From a virus, in the IMG/VR virus record IMGVR_UViG_3300037876_000116, positions 92,520 through 156,519 of that record: a DNA stretch of 64,000 bases, one strand, 5' to 3'. Position 1 is the stretch's first letter. Each line of letters starts with the position of its first letter. The position numbers and the translations under genes were made by a program. The notes beneath the pieces were generated by a model. It worked only from the letters and a program-made list of their open reading frames with translations, ran no database searches and was not told the DNA's origin. Shown in pieces: positions 53,837 through 61,245 of the stretch.

Positions 53837-55804
53837 ATGAAACAACTTATTGAAAACTGGAATAAATTTGTTATAAACGAGTCATCGTTAAGCAGGCTTC
53901 ATAAACACATTTCCGAACATGACACTGCTGTCATAACAGCGTTTAGAAATGACCCAACTGATGCAAACGATTGCAGCGGAGAAGCATCTGCTTCAAGCGA
54001 AGAGCAGGACGCACTTAAAATAAACAAAGAGCGTAATAGAGAGCTTAAAGCCACTCTTCTGCGCAAAGGATATGGCGTAACCCGCGTCGATGGCTCTTAT
54101 ATCGAAGACTTTGGTGATGTAGACAAACAAAAAGAAGTAAGCGAAGAAAGCTTCTTTGTTGTTAACCTTAAAGACGCAGCAGATTTTAACTCTACTGTTG
54201 CCCAGTTAGGGCAGATGTTTTGCCAAGATTCAGTTTTGATAATACCGCAGGGAGGAACCGACGCTTATCTTCTTGGAACTAACAATAGTTGGCCAGGACT
54301 TGGTGTCCAAGAACCAGTTGGAGGCTTTGCTGGCGGCAAAGAAGCAGAGTTTATGAGCCGCGTTAGGAAGCGTCCTTTTACTTTTAACGAGATAAACGAA
54401 CAAGAAAAGTACTCAGACCTCGGCAAGAACGCAAAGTGGGCAGTCGCGAAAATAGCAGAGAGAGTCTGGAATAGACAGGTTCTAGAAAATAAAATAACTG
54501 CTACCATGAAAGCTACAGAGGAAGGAATGCCTTGTCCAGCACCAACGCAAGATCTAGAGCTAAACACAAAGAACCGAGACGCTGCTATCCAAACAGAACA
54601 CATCCAGTACGGACCACTTAATGTTGATGAACCAGGAGACTACTGGAAAGACATAGCAGAGTATTGGAATACAACAGAAAAAGCCGCACAAAAGTCTCTT
54701 TGTGGAAACTGTGTAGCCTTCGATATTTCTCCAAGGATGGATGAATGTATGCCGGGTGAGACTTCAGACGACGACGGTCGGCTTGGATACTGCTGGATGC
54801 ATAAATTCAAATGTCATTCTGCCCGCTCTTGTAGAACCTGGGCAAAGGGCGGTCCCATCACAGAAGATAAAACTTCTTACGACTGGCAGGAGAGAAACCA
54901 GTCTGATATGGAAGAAGGTAAAATTTGCCCGAAAGGAATAGCTTGGGCAAAAAGAAACTATGATAAATGGCCATCCGCATATGCCTCTATGGGCGCAAGT
55001 AAATACTGCAAGGACCCAAACTATGGAAAAGGCAAGAAGAAAGATGAGTCATTACAAGAAGACGAGTTAGACGAATGCTGGAGTACGCACGAGCGCGTAC
55101 CGGAAACAGAAAAAGGCGCTCCTGGCTCCTGTAGAAAGAAAACTAACGAATCTGAAGCACTTGAAGAAAAGGGCGACCTCGCAAAATGGCGTGATGAAAA
55201 ATGGGTTCAGTCAGATGGTACTCCATGCGGTGATGCCAAAGCTCAAAAGAGCCCAAAAAGATGCAAGCCAAAATCCAAGTGGGCTACGATGTCTAAGGGA
55301 GAGAAAGCCGCCGATAATAAAAAGAAAAAGGCTGGTGGCAAGAAAGGAAAGCAATTTGTTTCTGCTACTAAAAAAGGTAAAGTTACCAAAAGCCACACAA
55401 AGGAATCTAAAGAAATGAAAATCTCTAAATCAAAACTTGAACAAATCATTAGAGAAGAAGTCGAAAGCCTATTCGAAGAAGACTTCTATGAAGTAGACGC
55501 CATCGACGTCAACGAAGAGTATTGTCCTGTGTGCAGAGAGGCACAAGAGCTTGAAGAAAAGAAAAAGAAAGCATGCAAACCCTCTAAAGGCAAAAGATTT
55601 GCTAAAAGAGTAGATGGTAAGTGCCGTTCCTATGGACAATCAGGCAAAGCAAAAGACGGCGGTGACCGTATTCGACCGGGCACAGCGAAGGCTGATGCTT
55701 ACTGTGCTCGCTCGGCTGGCATTAAAAAATGTAAGAACCCTCCTTGTGCTAACACCCTATCCAGAAAGAAATGGAAATGTCAAGGTAAGCGTTCGGTAGT
55801 ATAG
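53837..55804 (+). CDS. Multi-module, Cys-rich putative head-internal polyprotein
   Basis: 655 aa; basic Cys-rich modules separated by Glu-rich linkers; internal MKISK..IIREE leader. Confidence 0.6.
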   Translation: MKQLIENWNKFVINESSLSRLHKHISEHDTAVITAFRNDPTDANDCSGEASASSEEQDALKINKERNRELKATLLRKGYGVTRVDGSYIEDFGDVDKQKEVSEESFFVVNLKDAADFNSTVAQLGQMFCQDSVLIIPQGGTDAYLLGTNNSWPGLGVQEPVGGFAGGKEAEFMSRVRKRPFTFNEINEQEKYSDLGKNAKWAVAKIAERVWNRQVLENKITATMKATEEGMPCPAPTQDLELNTKNRDAAIQTEHIQYGPLNVDEPGDYWKDIAEYWNTTEKAAQKSLCGNCVAFDISPRMDECMPGETSDDDGRLGYCWMHKFKCHSARSCRTWAKGGPITEDKTSYDWQERNQSDMEEGKICPKGIAWAKRNYDKWPSAYASMGASKYCKDPNYGKGKKKDESLQEDELDECWSTHERVPETEKGAPGSCRKKTNESEALEEKGDLAKWRDEKWVQSDGTPCGDAKAQKSPKRCKPKSKWATMSKGEKAADNKKKKAGGKKGKQFVSATKKGKVTKSHTKESKEMKISKSKLEQIIREEVESLFEEDFYEVDAIDVNEEYCPVCREAQELEEKKKKACKPSKGKRFAKRVDGKCRSYGQSGKAKDGGDRIRPGTAKADAYCARSAGIKKCKNPPCANTLSRKKWKCQGKRSVV

Positions 55805-55819
55805 GAAACCAATCGCGCC

Positions 55820-55827
55820 ACTAGTTA
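55820..55827 (+). promoter_or_regulatory. Putative late motif ACTAGTTA (leaderless position)
   Basis: 7 nt before the ATG at 55835. Confidence 0.45.
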
Positions 55828-55834
55828 TTGGTGT

Positions 55835-56278
55835 ATGGTTACTCTACAAAAGCTTGTTTTTACGCTCTTCGCACTCTTGATTATTACGTCTTGCGTTTCA
55901 TCTCAGTGGAGTCCAACCACCATCTATCACCCCGAGACTGAGAACATCCAGACCACAACTCCGATAGCCGGGGAATACATCGTCATGATATACAGTACAG
56001 ATTGGTGTTACTGGTGCAAGGTCGCAAAGAAGTGGATGAAAAAAGAAAAAATAAAGTTCTTGGAGAGAGATTATGACGACCCTTTCCACAAAAAAAAACT
56101 CAAAGAATACGCAAAAACAATAGGATACAAAGGGGACCTAAACTCTGTTCCTATTTTTGTCATTGGTAAAAAAATCCTTACTGGATACAATCCAGATCAG
56201 ATTTTATGCGAGATAGGAAGAAGCAAGTGTAGCTCTCAACTCTTTAGCTCGTGGCAAACTCCTTTAAAACAAGATTAA
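55835..56278 (+). CDS. Glutaredoxin/thioredoxin-like putative lipoprotein
   Basis: Signal peptide ending IITSC; WCYWC active site; SVPIFVIG. Confidence 0.7.
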   Translation: MVTLQKLVFTLFALLIITSCVSSQWSPTTIYHPETENIQTTTPIAGEYIVMIYSTDWCYWCKVAKKWMKKEKIKFLERDYDDPFHKKKLKEYAKTIGYKGDLNSVPIFVIGKKILTGYNPDQILCEIGRSKCSSQLFSSWQTPLKQD

Positions 56279-56286
56279 ATTTATCG

Positions 56287-56314
56287 TTGAAGTATGCTAC
56301 AATGTGATTATAAT
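56287..56314 (+). promoter_or_regulatory. Promoter TTGAAG-16-TATAAT
   Basis: Recurrent promoter architecture. Confidence 0.65.
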
Positions 56315-56337
56315 GTATAGGAAGCAAAGGAGATATT

Positions 56338-57336
56338 ATGCTTGCTGATGTCGTTATTGGTCTTCAACACGGAGACGAAGCAAAAGGTAAGGTGACCCAC
56401 CACCTCTGTAAGAGTGGAGAATACACACACGTATTAAGATACAATGGAGGATGTAATGCAGGTCATACAATTTATCACGAGGGAAGAAAATTTGTTACCC
56501 ATCACATTCCTGCTGGCGTATTTTATGGTATCAAATCTGTAATCGGTTCAGGCTGTGTAGTCAACAAAGAGCAGTTCTTTAAAGAGATTGGCGAGCTTGA
56601 AGAAGGTGGCGTCAGCACCAAAGGACTTATCTTCATTGCCGAAAACACGCATGTCATTACCGACGCTCACCTAGAAGAAGACAGTAAAGATACTAAGATT
56701 GGAACGACAAAGCGCGGCAACGGTCCTGCTTATCGAGACAAATACAGTAGAGATGGTCTTCTTGCTAAAGACGACCCCGACTTAGAAGAATATACACTCA
56801 ACCTATACGAAGAGTTCCACGAAAATGAACAAGTTAAAATATTATGTGAAGGAGCCCAGGGGTTTGAGTTGGATATTGATTGGGGAGATTATCCTTATGT
56901 CACTTCTAGTCATTGCACAACGGCTGGCGCTCTCTTAAACGCAATCCCTCCCAGTTGGGTTAGAAATGTTTGGGGCGTAGGCAAGATCTACGAGACCTAT
57001 GTCGGAGCCAAGAAATTTGAGCCAGAGCAGCCAGTATTTAGCCGAATGCGCGACCTTGGAGAAGAATACGGTGCAACCACCGGACGACCAAGGCAATGTA
57101 ACTGGCTCGATGTTACTCGCCTGATACGGGCAATCAAAGTAAACGGCGTCACTCATGTAGTCCTTAATAAAATGGACATCTTACGCCAACTTGACGCCTG
57201 GAAGATCCTTCTAGGTGGAGAGGTAATAAACCTTGGGAACGAAGATCAAGCAAAGCTAGTTATTGCTAGAGCGCTTGAACTTGGTGTTCCTCATGATATT
57301 AAAGTGTTCTTTTCGGATAAAAAAGACGCAATTTGA
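56338..57336 (+). CDS. purA: Adenylosuccinate synthetase, short form
   Basis: GDEAKGK, GGCNAGHT, GTTKRGNGPAY, EGAQG, YPYVTSS, GATTGRPR, NKMD; 332 aa. Confidence 0.9.
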   Translation: MLADVVIGLQHGDEAKGKVTHHLCKSGEYTHVLRYNGGCNAGHTIYHEGRKFVTHHIPAGVFYGIKSVIGSGCVVNKEQFFKEIGELEEGGVSTKGLIFIAENTHVITDAHLEEDSKDTKIGTTKRGNGPAYRDKYSRDGLLAKDDPDLEEYTLNLYEEFHENEQVKILCEGAQGFELDIDWGDYPYVTSSHCTTAGALLNAIPPSWVRNVWGVGKIYETYVGAKKFEPEQPVFSRMRDLGEEYGATTGRPRQCNWLDVTRLIRAIKVNGVTHVVLNKMDILRQLDAWKILLGGEVINLGNEDQAKLVIARALELGVPHDIKVFFSDKKDAI

Positions 57337-57369
57337 GGATAAATAAATGACCAAGAAGGAAGGAAACAA

Positions 57370-57678
57370 ATGGGTTTAAGGACAGTCGGCTTCGGGAACA
57401 TGCTCGATGAGATAAAGCAAGCCGAAGATGATGTGTGGGTTCCTAACTTTGCGACTGTTATTGAGTGTGAAAAGTGCGAGACAAAACTTTATCATCACGA
57501 TATGATAGACAAGAAAGAAGTGAAACCCGCCAGTTGCGAGTGCGGAGCAATCAAGATTGAGCCTATTCCGGCTACTCTCTGCCGCTACAAACACTTTATC
57601 GGTGTAAAACCTAATGGAGTAGAGCCAAAAATCTACGATATACCTTATGAAGATTATTTAAAAATCAAAGATACTTAG
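57370..57678 (+). CDS. Hypothetical Zn-ribbon-like protein
   Basis: CEKC...CECG. Confidence 0.6.
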   Translation: MGLRTVGFGNMLDEIKQAEDDVWVPNFATVIECEKCETKLYHHDMIDKKEVKPASCECGAIKIEPIPATLCRYKHFIGVKPNGVEPKIYDIPYEDYLKIKDT

Positions 57679-57697
57679 ATAAAGGGGGAAAAGGTAA

Positions 57698-57853
57698 ATG
57701 TCTGGAAAGAAAGAAGATTTATCTATTCTCCTTAACAAAACAAAAGAAAGAATTTATAATTTAAAAAAACATGGAAACGCTTTTGTCGTTGACTGGTCGT
57801 TGATTGAGATCGTAGAAGATATAATCTCCCACCTTGACCAAGAAGAGCAATAG
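57698..57853 (+). CDS. Small hypothetical protein (51 aa)
   Basis: MSGKKEDLSILLNK...DQEEQ; purine-rich RBS. Confidence 0.5.
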   Translation: MSGKKEDLSILLNKTKERIYNLKKHGNAFVVDWSLIEIVEDIISHLDQEEQ

Positions 57854-57861
57854 ACAAGTTA

Positions 57862-57927
57862 CCTTCAGTCTCGTAAAGACCCCTTTGTTATACTATTTTC
57901 CCTTGTTTGTCCTTACGAGACTGAAGG
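57862..57927. repeat. 19-bp inverted repeat (18/19 match) with a 28-nt pyrimidine-rich loop
   Basis: CCTTCAGTCTCGTAAAGAC ... GTCCTTACGAGACTGAAGG followed by ATTTTTT. Confidence 0.9.
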
Positions 57928-57985
57928 ATTTTTTACAAAGTCACAATAAGTAGTTTACTATTTTGTAGAGAAAGGAAAATTTTTC

Positions 57986-58150
57986 ATGAGAGTACACGTT
58001 CCTACGAGGAGCACTAAACTTGTTGATAAGGCAATCGCAGATTTATACTTACTTAAAGAGTCTGTTGACCATGTTAAGCCAGAAGTTTTAAAAGAAAGAA
58101 TAAATAAAATAAGAAAAACTCTTCTAAAATTCAAAGAAAACAATAGTTAG
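57986..58150 (+). CDS. Small hypothetical protein (54 aa)
   Basis: MRVHVPTRSTKLVDKAI...; SD AAGGA. Confidence 0.5.
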   Translation: MRVHVPTRSTKLVDKAIADLYLLKESVDHVKPEVLKERINKIRKTLLKFKENNS

Positions 58151-58158
58151 GATTGAAA

Positions 58159-58377
58159 ATGGATATAGCTATCGTCATTTATGAGAACAATGAGGGAATG
58201 AATGTATTTCCTTGCAAGAACAAAGAAATAGCAGAAGCATTTGCTCTTGCTATTATCCAAGACAAAAGAAATCAACATAATATTTCAAAGAAAATGTCTG
58301 ATAAAGAAGTTCTAAAGAACTGGGACACCTTAACAGGCGAAATGCTTTTTATACAAGACGTAGAAGTTATAGAGTAG
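58159..58377 (+). CDS. Hypothetical protein
   Basis: ORF; ATG at 58159 preferred. Confidence 0.55.
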   Translation: MDIAIVIYENNEGMNVFPCKNKEIAEAFALAIIQDKRNQHNISKKMSDKEVLKNWDTLTGEMLFIQDVEVIE

Positions 58378-58388
58378 GAGACAAGTAA

Positions 58389-58562
58389 GTGAACGAACAA
58401 GTCGAAACCTTTGCGAAAAAGATTGCGGAAGCAACTTCCAATACAGAAGTTTTAGAACTATGGAGTGACTTCGGAGATACAAACTCTACGGAAGAGATTG
58501 TAGAGCTTTATAAAAAAGTCGCTGAGAAAATCTTTAACGCTGTAAAAGAAGTTGTTGAATAA
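58389..58562 (+). CDS. Small hypothetical protein (57 aa)
   Basis: GTG start after SD AGGAG; MNEQVETFAKKIAE... Confidence 0.55.
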   Translation: MNEQVETFAKKIAEATSNTEVLELWSDFGDTNSTEEIVELYKKVAEKIFNAVKEVVE

Positions 58563-58582
58563 ACTCTTTTTGTGTTTACAAT
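58555..58582 (+). promoter_or_regulatory. Promoter TTGAAT-16-TACAAT
   Basis: Recurrent promoter architecture. Confidence 0.6.
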
Positions 58583-58611
58583 ATTATTGTAATAAACCTT
58601 TGGAGAGGGCA

Positions 58612-59232
58612 ATGAACGCTACAAAAATCCAAGAAACTTTTGATTTCCTATCCACCAAGACGCTTGTGGGTTGGGATCTAGGTTTTATTGAATCAGTAAC
58701 AGACTTTTTCGAGCGACACAACATGCTCTCAGAGCGCCAATGGACACTTCTCTGTAAAATTAAAGACAAGTTTAGCCCAGAAGCAGTGAAGCAGCGTGAA
58801 GAGTGGGCAAAAGAATACCGCGATAAGCATTTTGCCGATGCAAAGGTGGTTGCTGCTTACTACGCCCCCACAGGATACTTCACCGCCCTCGCTCGGGATA
58901 TCCTGTATGAGCCTGAATTCGTTCCTTCCAGACGTCAGTGGGAAAAACTTGCAGAAAATAAGTATGCTCAAAAGGTCTTGGAAACCTTTCACAAGCAGCC
59001 AGATTACGTCGTGGGAGATCTCGTCTGTTTTCGTGAAACCGCCGAGTTTCGGACCCTCATGCGACGGCACAAGCTCACATCGAACGCCGCCATGGTGGTT
59101 CAGTATCTAGGAGAAGTCGTTAGCCCTGCCAAAGGCGCAAAGCCTCTAATGGTCCTCCCGATGGGTGCTGTTCAAGCGGTTAAAACAGAAGAGCGTTACC
59201 TTAAAAAGTTTCGCAAACAAAAAAAGGAATGA
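58612..59232 (+). CDS. Hypothetical protein with a C-terminal SH3-like segment
   Basis: ATG at 58612 after GGAGAGG. Confidence 0.65.
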   Translation: MNATKIQETFDFLSTKTLVGWDLGFIESVTDFFERHNMLSERQWTLLCKIKDKFSPEAVKQREEWAKEYRDKHFADAKVVAAYYAPTGYFTALARDILYEPEFVPSRRQWEKLAENKYAQKVLETFHKQPDYVVGDLVCFRETAEFRTLMRRHKLTSNAAMVVQYLGEVVSPAKGAKPLMVLPMGAVQAVKTEERYLKKFRKQKKE

Positions 59233-59399
59233 TTGAAACATATACGATGCCCAATACTATCTTTTATCTTCCCAAGAGGATAACGCAAAGATACACCAAG
59301 GTACATCGTATAGAGGAAATAACAGAACAAGAAGATTTTGTTGAAGAAAGAAAAAAACACAAGAACAAACTGATAGAAAAGTACTTAAAATATGAATGA
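59229..59399 (+). CDS. Small hypothetical protein (56 aa)
   Basis: ATGA-type overlaps at both ends. Confidence 0.5.
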   Translation: MIETYTMPNTIFYLPKRITQRYTKVHRIEEITEQEDFVEERKKHKNKLIEKYLKYE

Positions 59400-59721
59400 A
59401 AAAGATCCGCAATTTTATGATGTAAAACACATCATTGAAACAAACAGAGAGAACAACCATTATTTTTTCAATGAAACAACCATTGAATACATGGGCATTA
59501 AGTTCTATCCACATGTCTTTCACCACTGTTATTTTATTTCATCAGAGATGTATCCTCATCAATCACCATCCGCCGTAGAGAAATACACTATTCGACGCGC
59601 CGATGTCGAAGGTGCAGTTGTATCAGTAGGTCCTTTTGGGAGGTTCGACACGCTCCAAGATGCCTTGGATAATATTGAAGAACTCATTGCCGAAGATAAA
59701 AAAGAAAGAGGTATCGAATAA
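59392..59721 (+). CDS. Hypothetical protein
   Basis: 109-aa ORF. Confidence 0.6.
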   Translation: MNEKDPQFYDVKHIIETNRENNHYFFNETTIEYMGIKFYPHVFHHCYFISSEMYPHQSPSAVEKYTIRRADVEGAVVSVGPFGRFDTLQDALDNIEELIAEDKKERGIE

Positions 59722-59975
59722 TGAAGCTTTATTTACTTGAGCAAGACGAGAACCAAAGCGAAGGCTCCATCGTATCCTGCGTGGTGGTGGCTTCCTCTAA
59801 GGAGAATGCCCAGAAAGTTCACCCCTTTTCAGATTGGGATAGGGTGGAGGTTTGGACATACGACTCAGAGGATGTCAAGGTCACATACCTCGGAAACGCT
59901 CGAAAAGATTTAGAAAAAGCGGGCTTCTCTGATAATGTAAACAATGTTGTATGTCTTCACAGATGTTACAGCTAA
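59721..59975 (+). CDS. Hypothetical protein
   Basis: 84-aa ORF, TAATG coupling. Confidence 0.6.
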   Translation: MKLYLLEQDENQSEGSIVSCVVVASSKENAQKVHPFSDWDRVEVWTYDSEDVKVTYLGNARKDLEKAGFSDNVNNVVCLHRCYS

Positions 59976-59985
59976 GGAGAATTAA

Positions 59986-60195
59986 ATGGTAAAGCTTACT
60001 TACACCAAGACGTCACCTACTTTCCATGTCTATCCTGATAGGAACGGGGACGAACTTATTCAGATTACATGCGCCGATCTAGACGCTTGTCTAGACACCG
60101 TGAAGGGGCACCGATTTTACCCTGCGGTAATCAAAGACCCCAACAACGAAAAAGAATATTACATCGATGAAAAGAGGAATGTAGAAGAACGCTAG
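59986..60195 (+). CDS. Hypothetical protein
   Basis: 69 aa, SD AAGGAG; its TAG overlaps G1 of the tRNA. Confidence 0.6.
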   Translation: MVKLTYTKTSPTFHVYPDRNGDELIQITCADLDACLDTVKGHRFYPAVIKDPNNEKEYYIDEKRNVEER

Positions 60196-60270
60196 GGCTC
60201 TTAGCTCAGTGGTTAGAGCTGTCGGCTCATAACCGATAGGTCGTTGGTTCAAATCCAACAGAGCCCACCA
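60195..60270 (+). tRNA. tRNA with anticodon CAT, probably tRNA-Ile2 (lysidine type); elongator Met is the alternative
   Basis: 76-nt cloverleaf: GGGCTCT/AGAGCCC acceptor, CT-CAT-AA loop, GGTTCAAATCC T-arm, encoded CCA; no C1:A72 mismatch, so not an initiator. Confidence 0.9.
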
Positions 60271-60285
60271 CCAACGAGGAATACT

Positions 60286-60738
60286 ATGAAAGAAGAAAGA
60301 CCCATAATCGCACTTTCAGGAGGTTTCGATCCTCCAAGGAAAGATCACATAACCCTTATTCTAGACGCCTCTAAGATAGGAGATGTAGTTATTATCCTAA
60401 ACAGCGACGACTGGTGTTCACGCCACAGGTGGAACAACAAAGTATTTGCTAAATACGAGAACCGAGCATCAGTTCTAAGTAAAATCCCTGGGGTTACGAA
60501 GATAGTTCCAGCAGATGATGCTGATGACACGGTGTGTAAAACCCTGGCACAACTAAAGCCAGATTTTTTCGGAAATGGTGGAAGCAGAGACATGACAAAC
60601 ACGCCCGAGGTTCAGCTTTGCAAAGAACTGGGTATCGGGATGATGTGGTATCTTGGGGATACTAAAGATGAAAAGGTTTTACAAAAAGCCGAGAGCTATT
60701 TAACTATAGCCATTCAAGAAACTTACAATGCGGGATAG
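60286..60738 (+). CDS. Cytidylyltransferase-like (HIGH superfamily) protein with an altered signature
   Basis: ALSGGFDPPRKDH, VVIILNSD.W, NTPE..LC.ELGI. Confidence 0.75.
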   Translation: MKEERPIIALSGGFDPPRKDHITLILDASKIGDVVIILNSDDWCSRHRWNNKVFAKYENRASVLSKIPGVTKIVPADDADDTVCKTLAQLKPDFFGNGGSRDMTNTPEVQLCKELGIGMMWYLGDTKDEKVLQKAESYLTIAIQETYNAG

Positions 60739-60801
60739 CTCAGTCGGTAGAGCAGACGGCTGTTAACCGTCCGGTCGCAGGTTCGAGCCCTGCTCCCGCA
60801 G
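60729..60801 (+). tRNA. tRNA-Asn (GTT)
   Basis: TGCGGGA/TCCCGCA acceptor, CT-GTT-AA loop, GGTTCGAGCCC T-arm, G73; CCA not encoded. Confidence 0.92.
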
Positions 60802-60822
60802 CACTTTCAATTGGAGGAAACA

Positions 60823-61041
60823 ATGTCTAAAAGAACAGTAACTTATCAAAACAACCTTTGCAAAGCAGCCATGGCTCATTTCACAGCAAAGATTGAAGAA
60901 GCAAAAGCACATCTTGAAATTCTCTTCAACTATTCAGTGGGTATTGGTGAACACACCAACCTTCTAGATGAAGTAAAAAGATGGACAAAAGAACTTGCCG
61001 AAGCCGAAGAAGGCTTGGCGACATTAGAAGAAAACTTTTAA
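60823..61041 (+). CDS. Hypothetical helical protein
   Basis: ATG at 60823 after GGAGG; SVGIGEH motif. Confidence 0.65.
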   Translation: MSKRTVTYQNNLCKAAMAHFTAKIEEAKAHLEILFNYSVGIGEHTNLLDEVKRWTKELAEAEEGLATLEENF

Positions 61042-61050
61042 GGTTAAGTT

Positions 61051-61245
61051 ATGCGAATCGTAAATGGACTTACAATCCATATGACCAAACAAGAAGTCAA
61101 AGAAGCTCTGATGAATTATCTTATAAAAAATGAAAAGAAAGCAGAAGCAGAGCACCTAAACAATAACATCTGGAGCTTCGATTTTATGGCTCGTCAAAAA
61201 CATTGGGTCTTAGATGTCAGAGGAGAGTTCAATGAAGACGGGTGA
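61051..61245 (+). CDS. Hypothetical protein
   Basis: 64-aa ORF. Confidence 0.55.
   Translation: MRIVNGLTIHMTKQEVKEALMNYLIKNEKKAEAEHLNNNIWSFDFMARQKHWVLDVRGEFNEDG

Noticed and set aside
56338-57336. purZ (2-aminoadenine, Z-genome pathway)
   Set aside because: The catalytic Asp (GDEAKG) and the GTP-type NKxD are retained, whereas PurZ has Ser at that position. No dATPase or MazZ is seen in the window.
23391-60285. Track start sites at 23391, 31249, 33781, 40204, 43622, 44866, 51230, 52352, 58552 and 60244
   Set aside because: They fall inside a repeat, a tRNA or an upstream gene. Downstream ATGs with SD or coupling fit better.
112-60602. Minus-strand ORFs and nested alternative-frame ORFs in the track (for example 49691-50242, 47100-47405, 10114-10512)
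   Set aside because: They are shadows of well-supported + strand genes, with no recognisable motifs, RBS or promoters.
60180-60830. HDV-like (theta) ribozymes beside the tRNAs
   Set aside because: The flanks are occupied by CDS ends or short RBS spacers, and no nested double-pseudoknot pattern is visible.
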